A DNA stretch of 64,000 nt from Octopus sinensis. Its lineage: Eukaryota. The position numbers and the translations under genes are program-made. Location of the stretch: assembly GCF_006345805.1 (NCBI RefSeq), contig NC_043010.1, positions 36,704,001-36,768,000 on the forward strand, read 5' to 3'. The notes under the pieces are model-generated. The model was given only the letters and a program-made list of their open reading frames with translations, did not search any database and had not been told where the DNA came from. Position 1 is the stretch's first letter; each line of letters starts with the position of its first letter. Positions 41,036-55,380 of this stretch are shown here, one piece after another.

Positions 41036-41678
41036 AAGAATCTGGAAGGGCTAAGTAAATTAACTAAATCTTTCATTTGTCTGGGGTACAACAAAAAGTT
41101 CTTACATATATAAAAATTATGGTAAAAGGACTTAATTTAAATATAACAGTCAAAATGGTCGGTTTTCTATTGCAAGACCATCAGCTTCTAAATGCTTAAT
41201 CATTAATCCATAGTAGATATTAGGTTTTATTGTGTCTCTAGCATGGTCAATCACATTTTAAATTCAATATGCCTCAAATTGACTAGCTACAGGAGACAAG
41301 GTACCACGCTGCTAATCATTGTCATCTGTGTTTTTCTCAGTCGTGAAAAACAGTGAAAAAGGATTACTGCTTTGCTTGGGGGCACAATGGTAGTCATGAT
41401 AAAGTTTCATATTGACCATGTCAGTAACCCAGCACTTTAGTCTCACAGTCATTACTGACAGGTAACTGCAATTCTTTATTCAAAAATATATCAACACAAG
41501 CAGTTGTAGCAACAGCTGTGAATCAAACAAAGGACTCCCAACGCAATTGTTCAACTGGTTACACAAATAGACAATCTCTACACAGTCTCCACTACAATCA
41601 TGAGAAGGTAAAAAGTGAGGGTGGACACATTGGGTAATATGTTGAAAAATGCACTTATAGTGAAAAAGAAGGTGATCA

Positions 41679-41936
<258 letters not shown>

Positions 41937-44900
41937 CTATTGTTTATGCCACCAATTACATATCACATATACGCAATGCATGTACCTTTTATACATACAT
42001 AAAAAAAAACATATATATATATATATATATACATACATACACACATACATATATTGCTACAATGTACTACTTTGCCATTGCGTGTACTAATTCAAATTTT
42101 TTGTGCTGAACAGGCACTGCACACGTAATGTCTTTATTATTATTATTATCATTATTACTATTAAACAAAATGTTTTATGTTGACATGCCATCTGTTCAGA
42201 GAAGAACTTGAACTAATAATAACAATAGAGCGAGCATTAGTCAACTCTAACAATTATATATATTACATGAACACCACCATATTTTAAATCTCTTGAAGAA
42301 AACAATGTATTAGCAGCAGATAGCTTTTATAATATGTATACACACACTCACACACATAAATCAAAATTTCAGTTCTTTTATTATTCCAATTGTATTCGGT
42401 TTGAAATTTTACACAGAGAGACAGGGGTGGTGGAGGGGAGGGGGAAATGGGAATGACAAACTGAAACAAGAGAAATAGATGAATCTGGAATTCAAACATA
42501 GAATTCAAATTTTAGTCTATCAGCTTAAATTTCAATAATTGTATTTAGCAAGGTGGCGAGCTGCAAGAACCAGCATTCTGCCTGAGGTTGACTTTGCCTT
42601 TCATTCTTTCAGGTTCGATAAAATAGGTACCAGTTGAGCACTGGCGTTGGTATAATCCATTTATACCCTCCCATCCCATGAGCATGCTGGCGTTGCACCA
42701 AAATTGAAAACTAATATTAGTATTTAGCATCTAAAAAAAAAAAAAAATCTATTTTCAATTCAATCCACTGCCAGCAACAACACACCCACACCCCAGTTCC
42801 AAACTGAAATTATCAAAGAAAAAAAAAAATCGCCAAAGTGTCTGAGAATACTGTCCCCACATAATGCTAAGTGCTTTGGAAGGAAAAGTTACAACACAAT
42901 AGTAGGGAGCAGCAATTACTAATATTAAAAAAAGACTAATTTGTGAGACACACATACCTAAGAGCCGGCTAACAACTTTTTTATAAAATTATTTTTGTTT
43001 TAATTGGCATGCAAATATCAATAAAGTTAGCACAGAGGTCATTAAATATAAAATACATATTTTACACGGTATAGTCATTTTAATTTTCAGCAAATATTCG
43101 ACTTGTAAGGAACAAGTTAACTACTTAGCTTTAATTAGGAACTAAACATTTAGCACTTAAATCGCTGAAAGAAAAACAATATACAGCCTGCCAACCAACC
43201 AACCCGTCATCTACTGGAGTTTATTGTACACACATATCTCTATCTACACACACATAAGCCACAAATCATCAGTACCATCGATAAAAACTATTAAATGTTA
43301 GTTGTACACCTTTTTACTGTATATTTCCTGAGGGTGATTTAGTTGTGTACTTTGGGTAATACAGGGTCTCAAGGTTCAACCTCGTGAATAAGGTGGGTGT
43401 TTGAGAAAGAACAGGCAGAGAAGAATCATGCCCCTCAACTCTTCCTATTATGAAAGCAACACTAGCTTTTGATAGTAAATTTTATTTCAAACACACAACA
43501 GCTTTTTTCATCTTCTCTTTAACCCGATCGTATCCAACCCAAGTATTCTACCTGCTTTATGCTCAAGCTGGTCAAATACAGCCTTTCATACCTATCCCAC
43601 AATGTCATTCTAAAAAGTAAACATGATTAATTTAAAACAATGTGAATAAATAAGCATTAAATTTGACAGAATAATTTGAATACTAAAAGGTTAATGTGAA
43701 AGACAAGATCAATTAACAGATGTCTCATTGTTATCAATTATTTTTTTCTCATGAAGTCACAGAGAAAACCACTTTAGTTTAGTCTACCCTTCCTCAATGA
43801 TCTCTGGAATTGGAAAAGATCAACAAAAATTCAAACTTCCCCATAACATAGTCAATAGCGTAAAACAAAATAGTATGAAAATCATAAATAAATAGAATTA
43901 TAATGTCTATCTTAAAATGAGTTGATAGCCATGTCCTTTATGGCAAACATAAAAAAGGGGAAAATAAATAGAAATATAACCAAGCCTTTATAAATAAAAA
44001 GATGAATCAAGACAAATTCATTTTCACCAGAAACACATACAGTATATAAGCAAGTGGAAAATGAAATATCTGAAGCAATGAGATTTTCCAACAAAACGAC
44101 AATAACTTGAAAATAAAATGGAGAAAAGTAACAGATCCTCAGTCCATACGAGAAATGTTAAGAATTAAGAGACCATGACCAGTAAATTAAAATTTTCTCC
44201 AGATTGCGACAAAGATTTGAATAAAAAAATAACCAGATTTTAAACTAAGTGCATAGAGAATGTATAGTATGAAAAAAAAAAAATGACCAAAAGAAAAAAA
44301 ACATGTTTGCAAAATGGTGGTTGGTTGAATTTTAATTCAAAATCATTGGCACTTTTAACTATAATTTAGTCAAGCTTTGAAGTTGTGTACTGCAGGTGAC
44401 ACAAGGTGTCATGGTTCAACCTCGTGAATAAGGTGGGTGTTTGAGAATGAACAGGTACAGAAGAGTCATCCCTCCCAACAACTCTGCCTATTATGAAAGC
44501 AACACTAGCTTTCAATATTAAATTTTATTTCAAATACACAAATTCAAAACATCACCACTTTTAACTTTTCTCTACAATAGGGCTAATATGCAATTTTCTA
44601 TGGCATCACCATCAACATTTTAATGGCTACTTCTCCCACGTTTGTATGGTTCAGATAATCTCTAATATATCATATATATATATATCATATATATGTCCAG
44701 CCATGACTGTGCAGTTCAGAAGCTGGCTTCTCAACCATGTGGTTTCAAGTTCATTCCAGCTGTACTGCACCTTCAGCAAATGTCTTCTACTATAACCAAT
44801 GGCTGGTGTGTGTGTGTGTGCACGCAAACACACACAGATTGTTTTTGTCCCAGTTAATTCTGAAGATCATATAGAATTTAGTAAAATGACTGAGATTTAT

Positions 44901-47371
44901 TAAACTGGTGCTTGGAACATGAAACAACATGGAATTTTGATGCAAGGATTTAATATGGATCACATAAGAACAGAGAGTTCGTATCACAGAACTGGGGAGT
45001 GGGTGGGTAGGGGGTCTCAGGCAAGCTAGTGTCAAGTAGAGTTAAAATGAATACCATATGCATTAAAACGCCTTCCATACTTGCCACAGTGAAAACAGAA
45101 TGGGCATATTCATAATGCTAATAACTAAAATTTTACAGGGAAAAACATATTAATGATGGGTGCCACTTAGAACAAGGTGCGGAATTGAAATTGACTGAAG
45201 ACTTTTTTTAAAAGGTCACCTATTACTAACATCATTAATCAATGACAGAGGGAAATTAACCACTTCGGTATCAGACTAAATGTTTTGCTGTTTTTAAACC
45301 TCTTCCTTCTACACATTTCGTTCAAATCCTCCAGGAGGTGTGGCCTTTTGCCTTTTAACTCTGAGCTACCATCAGTTTATGCTGTGGAATAATGCAACTG
45401 TCTTGTCAGTTTCAGAAATAACTCTTATTATTAACTTTGTGAAAAATAAACAAATAGAAATAAAAACTATATATCTAACTGACCAGCTACTAATGTTGTT
45501 AAATTCTTTGTGCATTTTATATTGATGAAAACGACAACAACTATACAAAAAAAAAATATTATGAATATACTCTTCAAATGAAACTGACAGCTTGAAATAT
45601 AGATCATCCCATATTAACTGATGTGAAGAAACAGTAGCACTTATTCCAAATTAAATTATACACATAATACATTTGAATGTATATGTGTATGTATGGTTTA
45701 TAACAGCACATGTTCAAGTGTCTGAGTATGTGTGTCAGAGAGAGAGAGATAGAGAGAAAAGAGAGAGAGAATGTGTGTGTGCGTGCATGTCAGTGTATCT
45801 ATGTGCATGTATGAGTGTGTACCATACCACCCGACTTAAATAGGCGCTTACCTTTGCTTGCCCCATTACCGAATTCTCCCGGGTTTTGGCTGTTCACTTT
45901 CACTGAATCACAGAATAAAATGTAATTAATAGACTACTGAAAAATAAATCACCGAGCAGACACCAGGCAACACCAGGCAGAACTGATACCTGAACAATGC
46001 TGGCTAAGGACTAAGTTTAATTTATGTTGGTACCTAAACAGAGCTTGACAGTTTCACCAGACAAGCAGCTTCAACAATCTCTATTTCTCTGCTTAAACTT
46101 ATATCCTGCTGTCTTGGTTTCAGTCAATAGATTGTGAAGCAATGATAAGGTACCACAACCAAGACTGTAATAGTCAATTATATCAACTCTATTACCTAAT
46201 TTTATCAAGCTCAGAAATGTGAAAAGCAGAGTGAGCCTAAGCTAGATTTGAACTCCCAATGTAAGTGAATGCTAATAAATACTGACGAGTGCACTACTAA
46301 TTCTGCCGCCCTGATGCAAGACACACCAGGACCATACCAACCCAACTGTGGGACAGGGATTAATATACAAATAGAGTTTACTATTGATGTTGTTTACTTG
46401 TATATATTTTTTTTCCTTCTTTTATAATAATTTATCTGAGAGCATCTGAATACAGTGGGGACTACAAATGAAAGAGAAAAATGACTTACGAAGCAGACAC
46501 TAAACAGAGGTGCTGAAAACATGCTTAAATTACAGCAGGGTAATTCACTATGTGGAAATTAAAACCATATGTTTTTATAGATAAATATATATATATATAT
46601 ATATATAATATATATATATATATTAAAAGAAAAAAGGGTGGGGGGAAAATCACTTTTACTTGTAAGGGTGCAAGTTACCTTATTCAGTCTGGGTACCATT
46701 CCACCAAGGAAAAAAAAATTACCTTTAAGTTTGCGGAGTTGCTAAAAGGAGATATGAGGAAGCAACACAATGCAAATATCACATAGAAACATGAAGAAAA
46801 GAAAATGAAGAATGGAGAAGAGAATTATTTTTTTTTTAAATTCTAAATAAAGATGGGGAAAATAATAAAAGATATACAGAAAATTTGATTTTATTAACTA
46901 CTCAAAAGAGAAAAATTATTATTCCTAACACTGAGAAAAGATGAGGAAATTTGAAGGGAAAGATATTAAAACTGGACATCAACTCATATTTAACCTCAGG
47001 TCAGCCTTAACTGAGCAGGCATATGATCAAGTGCATTCCGGCCATAACAATCCTGGCTTTCAATCAGATATGGTATATGTTGGGGTACATTATCCATTGT
47101 TTCTTCCCCAATGGCTTCGGCAGAAGAATAAAGCAATATATATTCCTCGAAGACTGGTAGGCAAGAGAAAATTATCATCAAACCAGAGACATGGCTCCAG
47201 GGTTAAACCAGGTGATGAAGCAAGTCGGCCTCCCAAAAGCAACGCCAGTCCTTTCCATCTGTTTTCATTGCAATTTCCAATAATCAAATTTCAACTCAAA
47301 ATGTAAAGCCAATTGAAACGCTGCTAATCATTTTGGTCTCATCGCAGAAAAGATTCTGCCAACTTACTACC

Positions 47372-47389
<18 letters not shown>

Positions 47390-47410
<21 letters not shown>

Positions 47411-47760
47411 GCTTCAAATTTTGGTACAAGGCCAACAATTTTGGGGGACAGTGTAAGTCAATTATATCAACCCCAGTGCTCAACTGGTACTTATTTTATT
47501 GACCTGAAAGGTTGAAAGGCAAAGACAACCTTGGTGGAATTTGAACTCAGGACAGATGAAATGCTTAGAAGTATTTCACCCAGCATAATAATAATGGCTT
47601 CAAATTTTGGCACAAGGCCAGCAATTTCGGGGGACCGGGTAAATCAATTATATCAAACCCAGTGCTCAACTGGTACTTATTTTATCGACCCCGAAAGGAT
47701 GAAAGACAAAGTTGACCTCAGAATGTAAAGATAGATGAAATGCTGTTAAACATTTTGCCT
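47390..47760 (-). mobile_element. Two tandem SINE family 3 copies
   Basis: Same unit as the 19-22.7 kb array, joined through (AAT)n. Confidence 0.8.
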
Positions 47761-49399
47761 GGCATAATATTAACAATAAATCCAGCTCAGCTCAAAGTGC
47801 TGTTTTCTGTCAAGCAGAAGATTTGGACTGCAATCTGGTAGTCAAGGCAAATATACAGCAGAAAATTTGCCAATTGATAACAATTTCCTATACAGGTACA
47901 GAGTGAGAAGTAAGTAACAGAGCAAATACAAACAACTGAAAGTGATAATTCCACAAATATGTTTCAACAATGTTGAAAGAAATGAGAAAGAGTGAGCTCT
48001 AGAGGGATTTGAATTAACTGGAAACAAGTAAATGAATCTAAACATTAAGCAAAGCACTGGATGCTCTATTATTCCTGTCATGATATCTACCATATTATCA
48101 TCATCATCATTGTTATCGTCTGCATGTACAGTTTTCCATGCTTGCATGGATGGGTCAGGTGGAATTTGGTGAGGCAGATTTTTCTCTGGTTTAATACCCT
48201 CTATGTTAAGTCTCACCTATTTCCAAGTAAGGTAATATTTCTCCATGACCAGACATGTTTTCACAGAAGATAGGAAACGAAGGACACCGCCTGCAGTACA
48301 GTGACACTCGTTTACAACTATCACATGGAAAGCAACACAAGAAGATCGTCACACACACAACAAACTTCTTTCACTTTCTATCTATCAAATCCACTCGCAA
48401 GATTTTGGTCAACCCAGAACTAGAGCCAGAAAACACTTCACCGATGTGCCAGGCAGTGGGACAACCCAAAACACGTATGGTTGAGAAGCAGACTTCTTAC
48501 CACACAGCCATACCCGTACCTAATGTTAATTGTAAACAGTTGCAGTCCTTCAGAAACATGAAAGGCTGCTTGCTGCTGCAAGGAAGATAACATTGCAAAT
48601 GTCAAGTAAACAGGAGCGATTTACAAGAAATGAGAAACAAAACCAAGCCTCCATGTCGCCTAAGACAAGACACAGTTGATCAATTAAACCCCAAGTACAG
48701 ATGAAACAGTATAATCGATCAAATCGACGGCTACTTTTTGATTAGAAAGAGAAGGGGGGTTGCTTTTGTATATGTGTTGAAATAGTAAAGCAAAATTTAG
48801 AAAAATATTAAAATCTGTTCAAAGTTTTTTTTTTTTTTTGCAAAGAATTTTCCAAAACAAAACCAAAAAAAGAAAAAAATTCAACAAAAACTTGGCAAAA
48901 ACAAAATATTTCTTTGATATATTTTTAAGTTTCTGTTTTGGCTTCAACAACCAATTAAAATATCAATTAGTCAAAACACATTAACAGACAATAAACCAAT
49001 ACATATAAAAACTACTAATGGCAGTTGGAGTGGGAGCAGATAGAAGAAGAGTAAGTGGGGATGGGGACCCCACACTGGAATATCAATGGAGGCAAAATAG
49101 TGGAAGTATGAGTATGGGCAAATAAGTGAATGTAGTAGTAGTAGTGGTAGCAGCAACAGCGATGTTAGTAGAGCTGGTAATAAATGTTGCAAGCAATGAA
49201 TGTGGTGGTGGTGGTAGTAGGAGGAGGAGGTGCACATTGGAGTAATACATGTTAGTTTGAACATAAACTGGATTATGGTCTGTGACTTGTGTTGATGGTT
49301 AACGCTGAGAGAGAGAGAGAAATGAAAATGGGTGTTTTTGCTTTTTTCTTTGCAGAATCATGCATTGTATGGCAATGAATGAAAAAGGGATTAGCTGTT

Positions 49400-49960
49400 T
49401 AACCCTTTTGATACCAACCCAGCTGAAACTGCCTCTGGCTCTATAGTACAAATGTCTTGTTTTCAACAGTTCTGAATTAAAATCTTCCGCCAAACCTGAG
49501 TTACAATTTGTTCCTAACACTAGCTTAATAATAACCAAGTTAATTTTCTAAATTCTTTGATCATCATCATCGTTTAATTTCTGCTTTCTATGCTGGCATG
49601 AGTTGGATGGTTTCACTCAGGTCTGGCAAGCCAGTGGGCAGCACCAGGCTCCCATCTCATCTGGCAATGATTCTACAGCTGGATGCCCTTCCTAACGCCA
49701 ACCACTCCGACAGTGTAGTGGGTGCTTTTTACATGCCACCAGCACAGGAGCCAGTCAGGGGACACTAGCATCAATCATGTTCGGATGGTGCTTTTTACAT
49801 GCCACCTGTATGGGAGCCAGTCGGGGAGCACTGGTATTGACCACAATCGGATGGTGCTTTGTACATGCCACCAGCGTAGGGGCCCAGTGGGACATTATAT
49901 TTAAAATTAATTAAAAGAAACACATAACATCTCAACAGAAATATGGTAACAAGAGGGTTA
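49400..49960. mobile_element. piggyBac-type MITE (P1) interrupted by a family 4 SINE (49560-49895)
   Basis: The two MITE halves (ttaacccttttgatacc... and ...ggtaacaagagggttaa) flank the SINE. Confidence 0.75.
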
Positions 49961-51211
49961 AGTAACGTCACTGTAGGTGTGGTAAGAGATGAAGAAGGGG
50001 CTTGAGTTCATGGGTGACAGTAAGAATGACAAGAGATGAAACTGATGGGAGAAAGAGGCTTATGCTTCAGAATGATAGTGTGTATGGCAAAAGATGAGGA
50101 AGAGATAGAGGCTTCAAGACAGAGTCATATAACAAATGAGATGGGTGTTTTAAGCAGGGTCATCATACATATGGTGAAAGATGAAGAAGCTAATGTTCTA
50201 GCAAGGATATTTGATAGGAGGGAAAATGTTACTTTTTGGCCAATTCAGTAAACAGTAAACAAAAATTTTTTTAAATCTTCTTGTGCCAATGAGAATTCAC
50301 AGCGGTAGTAATGATGGAGAAGCAAATACTAACCAGCTGTAGATAACATGTCAAAGATTTTCTGGTGATTATTCCTTAACAGCTAACTTGAACAAGCATA
50401 TACAGAAACAAAATAACGTTTGTACTCTTTATCTCAATTCTCCCTGCTCTTCACCATTTCTAGCTCCTCTATGCTCTAATCTCAGGTTCCACCAGGGCTA
50501 CCTCATTTCTTATAATATTTTTTTTTAAGTAGCAGTTATATACCACGACCTTCAAACCAACTTCTCATACAAGAAAACGATATACTCTGTGCCAAATCAA
50601 TAAGAAATCTTTATTTTCAAAACCGTTATTCCAACATGAAAGCTTCAATGACTAAAGAGAGAAAGACACGGTACTTGCAAGTTATGATAGCACCCAAAAT
50701 AAACAAAAAGTAATCAGCTTCTATGACATCAAACATTCTTTGGTTAGGAACAGATAAATGATTAAATGCTTTTTAAAAAAAAAAAACATTGCCAGACACG
50801 TAAAATAAATTTGTTATGCCAACTGTACAGAATGCATTCTTAGAGTAAGTGGGGGAGATGACGAGATACTAACTAAATACATATATGAATGAATAAAAAA
50901 TTTAGCAATAAGGTCATTATCAAGCCTGCCACACCGAACAATGGTACTTGTCTCCATCTTGGATTGCTGATTGTTGATAATTTTTGAGAGATCTCTTACA
51001 GCATGAAACCAATGGTAGCCTTGTTAACCCACATATAAAGTACACTCACACACACATACATATATATATGAATGTGTGTGTTTGTATATATATGAGTGTA
51101 TGTGTGTGTGTGTATATATATAATGTATGTATGTGTATATATTTATGTGTACATATATATGTATGTATATATATGTGTGAATGTGTGCGCGTGTGTATAC
51201 AGATATATGTA

Positions 51212-51296
<85 letters not shown>

Positions 51297-51299
51297 TGT

Positions 51300-51660
51300 A
51301 TAAGCACCATTCGAGCGTGATCATTACCAGTGTCACCTCACTGGCAATTGTGCTGGTGGCACATGAAAAGTAACATTTAAGCGAGGTCGTTGCCAGTGCT
51401 GCTGGACTGGCTCCTATGCAGGTGGCACATAAAAAACACCATCTGAGCGTGGTCATTGCCAGTACCACGTGACTGGCCTGCGTGCTGATGGCATGTAAAA
51501 GCACCCACTACAGTCTCAGAGTGGTTGGCATTAGGAAGGGCATCCAGCTGTAGAAACTCTGCCAGATCAGATTGGAGCCTGATGCAGTCCATCTGGCTAG
51601 CCAGTCCTCAGTCAAACCCATGCCAGCATGGAAAGCGGACGTTAAACGACGATGATGATA
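51300..51660 (-). mobile_element. SINE-like family 4
   Basis: Similarity to other copies; RTE-type tail with (GAT)n. Confidence 0.75.
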
Positions 51661-52159
51661 TATAAAGCTGTATCTCATATTTTGGATATCTAAATGGTCA
51701 ATTTTTTTTTTATATATAATGGTTGGCTGCAGAAACTAATGGTTAAATAGGTGGCCACTTTCGAAACCATGACTGCCATTCCTGAAAGAACTTCATATTA
51801 ATTCGGAGGCTAGAAACATGCAGACATAGCATTAACAGCTAATAAAAAAACTTCACGTACATAGTATGAATGTTTGTTTTTATTACGATTGTAAGCAGAT
51901 AGGTGTGATGTGAGGGATGCAATGATGATGGCATCAACCAGATTTAAAATCCATACAGTAAGTTTTTCTTACAGACTTTTTCTCACAGATTAAATATATC
52001 TGTTTTTCAAAATCCCATCTCAAACAAACAATCCTTTGTTAATATGTTGAGTTTTAAAATTTCTACAAGATGTCCAAAAATTATCTACATCTTGTATTTT
52101 GCTTTTGGCTTTTTTCAGAAACAAACAAGCACCAAGAAACCAAAAGTGTGTGTGTGTAT

Positions 52160-52197
<38 letters not shown>

Positions 52198-55034
52198 TGT
52201 GTGTGTGGTGTGTGTGTGTGTTGTGTGTGTGTGTGTTGTGATGGTTGTTGTTGGTAAATGGTACAACTTTGAAGTAAAAGATCTTATAACAGTAGAATAC
52301 CAAGTTTAAAAGAATTCCTTAGAGAAAAGACTGAAGGCTGGGGCTTTTTGACCTAGTATTTTGTATTCTATTATTTATAGCTTTCTCTACTTCAAGTTCC
52401 ACTGTTTAAAAACAATATATTAATATCTCTTCAAATTTCTAAATTTTCATAATGTAAACAATGCACACACACACTTCATTTTCACTTGAAAGAGGGGGAC
52501 ATCTTTCCCAAGATATTTGCCAGCAATTTTCTGCATTAAACCCAAATTCAAAGCTCTGTAACCTAAAGATATACAAATGAAAATACACATACACACACAG
52601 AAACCTGTTAGTATCTGTAACAGACAGGAAATTTGGAAAAACTACTATTCTATAAAATGAACCTCTTTTGTACTTGATATACAAAAATTACATTTTGTCT
52701 TTCTTTTTTTCATTCTTTTTGTTTCGAATTTTTTTTCCTTCCCTTCCCAAGAATGTTTATTCCGACTGCTGCAAAAATGAATCTCAGTTACAAGACATAT
52801 TATTATTACACTACTCTACCCACACAATTATAGTTTTTCAGTTTTGTTTTGCAAGAATGGCAAAAACAAGGTCACTTGGTATTTAAGTGAGAAACGAGAA
52901 CGGTTTTATGTTCATAGCTTTATTGAAACACTATTTATACCTCAATTTCAATGAGGAGATCAGTTATTGCTCAACAGTTGAACAAAATGAAACCAACAAA
53001 AGAAAAAGTTAATAAACAGAGAAAAAACATAGGATATAACAGTGAACAAAATATTAAAAAAAAATTTTTTTTTAAACTAGGAAATTTCATAGTTCTCTCA
53101 AAATCACTCAACTGAATAGTGGAGAAAAAAAAAACTTTTAAGAAAGAGATAAATAAATAAAGTAAAGTTGTAATCATCATAGGAATATAAGTGAAAATAC
53201 CTTTTCAACATGAGACAAAAAAAAAAAAAAAAGCATTACTTAAATTAATTCTTTCATGACTAGAGAATGTAATTTAGGTTTGAAAACGACAGAAGTCTAA
53301 GAGTAGAGAGGAAATATAAAAAGAAAACAGTGATAAAAGTATTATTAAAATGAAATAAAATGAAATGAATATTTTAAAATGAAGTGCTAAAACAATAAAA
53401 AAAAAAACAAAGAAAAAATACACCCCGGAAAAACAAACATCTATGCATAGTAAATGATATATGTTGGGGCTGGAGCTTTAAACCTGAAAATGCAAATTGG
53501 GTATCAATCAGCATCTACTTCATACATGATGTGTGTAGATGCAGTAATACAATACAATTAGAAGGAATAAATTACTTAGAGAGCTTCTTTAAGACAAACT
53601 TTCCAACCAAAATGTTCCATCAACTCTATTTATGACTACTTAATGACGATGACAAAGACAACAAAAACAACAACACCAACACCATCACCATCAGACTTCA
53701 ATTTGCAAACTAATAATAATAATAATAATAATGACTACTAAAAGTCTACAATTGCTAATATAAAAACAAAAACAGAGGATGGAAAAGAGGAAAGAAAGAA
53801 AAAGGAAAAATCCAACATGTTGAAAGTGATATATAGAAAAGATAAAGTAATAATAATAATATAAATAACAAAATTTTCTTAATTTTGTTTAAATACTGGA
53901 AGCAAGTGCTATGCATTCAATGTAATCTGATTGAGCAGAAAGTTAGGAAATTTAAATGAATAATCAGATTACTTGAATTCTCAATCATCTTAAATTTATT
54001 TTTGTTTACCTGGATTTCCATTTACTCTCCGCCGCCAAACGTAGTTAGATCAACCGCTTACAACTATAAACTATATCTACAGCAATTTGGATTGCTGTGA
54101 TGATACTGCCACATTAACATGGAGCTAAATAAAGGAGAGGGGGGGTAGCGAAGAATTTAGGATAGGCCTCAAGGAAGGCAGTATTGTCTAAGTAGAGAAC
54201 ATTAGTGTTAACCTCAGGTGATGTTAGAGATACAGGTTTCGACTCAGGTAACAAGATATCAGAGCCTGCTTTTGTGATCCACAAGTACTTTGTCACTTTT
54301 AACAGTACAGTTTGTTTCCTCAAATTCCTATCAGTTCCAGGTTAAACAACCAAACAAAGCACATCAAGAAGTGGTGGAACAGAGAGAAAATTCTTGTAAG
54401 ACTAAGTTCTTTCAGGCTGGTATCAAGAGGCATACACAGACAGAGTTCACTCCAACACACCAGTTAGTATTAAGCAATGTAAACCTCTGAAAAGTCCAAC
54501 CAAAACCTCATGAAATATCACAGTGCCTCTATATAGTCTCTTTACGTGGTTGAATAACAAACAGTAAAATATCTCATCTCCCTCAAATAACACTAAAGTC
54601 TTACACAGAAGAATGTAAGTGTACATATACTGCCCAAGAAAATATTAAATGGGGTTAAAACACCTGGTTATCCTTGGATACCATCTAATAACATCAATTC
54701 CTCTTGGCTACAGTTCCATTCACTTTGGGGAATGGAAAAGAAGCACCTTCTAGGTGTTATCAATAACATATACATACATACATATGTATATATATATATT
54801 GAATAATGTGATTGTACATATAATACCTGAGTAAAAAAAACAAGATGATTATGGCTAGAGAAGCTGTAGTCATAGCCGAGGCTAAAGGCAACAAAAACAA
54901 AATATAGGATGGCCAAGTCACAGATCTGTCCTGTACAACTTCAGGGAAGTACTCAAGATTTTATGGACCCACTGAGACTGGACCATAATCAATGGTGTGT
55001 AAGTATGTATACATACATACATAAATATATATAC

Positions 55035-55380
55035 CAGGAGTGGCTGTGTGGTAAGTAGCTTGCTTACCAACCACATGGTTCTGGTTTCAGTCCCACTGTG
55101 TGGATCCTTGGGCAAGTGTCTTCTACTATAGCCTTGGGCCAACTAAAGCCTTGTGAGTAGATCTGGTAGATGGAAACTGAAAGAAGCCCATCGTGTGTGT
55201 GCGTGTGCGTGTGTGTTTGTCCCCCCACCATCACTTGACAACCGATAACTTAGCGGTTCAGCGAAAGAGACTGATAGAATAAGTACTAGGCTCACAAAGA
55301 ACAAGTCTTGGGGTCGATTTGTTTGACTAAATGCGGTGCTCCAGCATGGCCACAGTCAAATGACTGAAACAAATAAAAGA
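55035..55380 (+). mobile_element. SINE family 2, full length
   Basis: Complete head-to-tail match to the family consensus in the window. Confidence 0.85.

Noticed and set aside
46941-47306. 121-aa plus-strand ORF antisense to the CtBP intron
   Set aside because: No recognisable domain or supporting gene structure.
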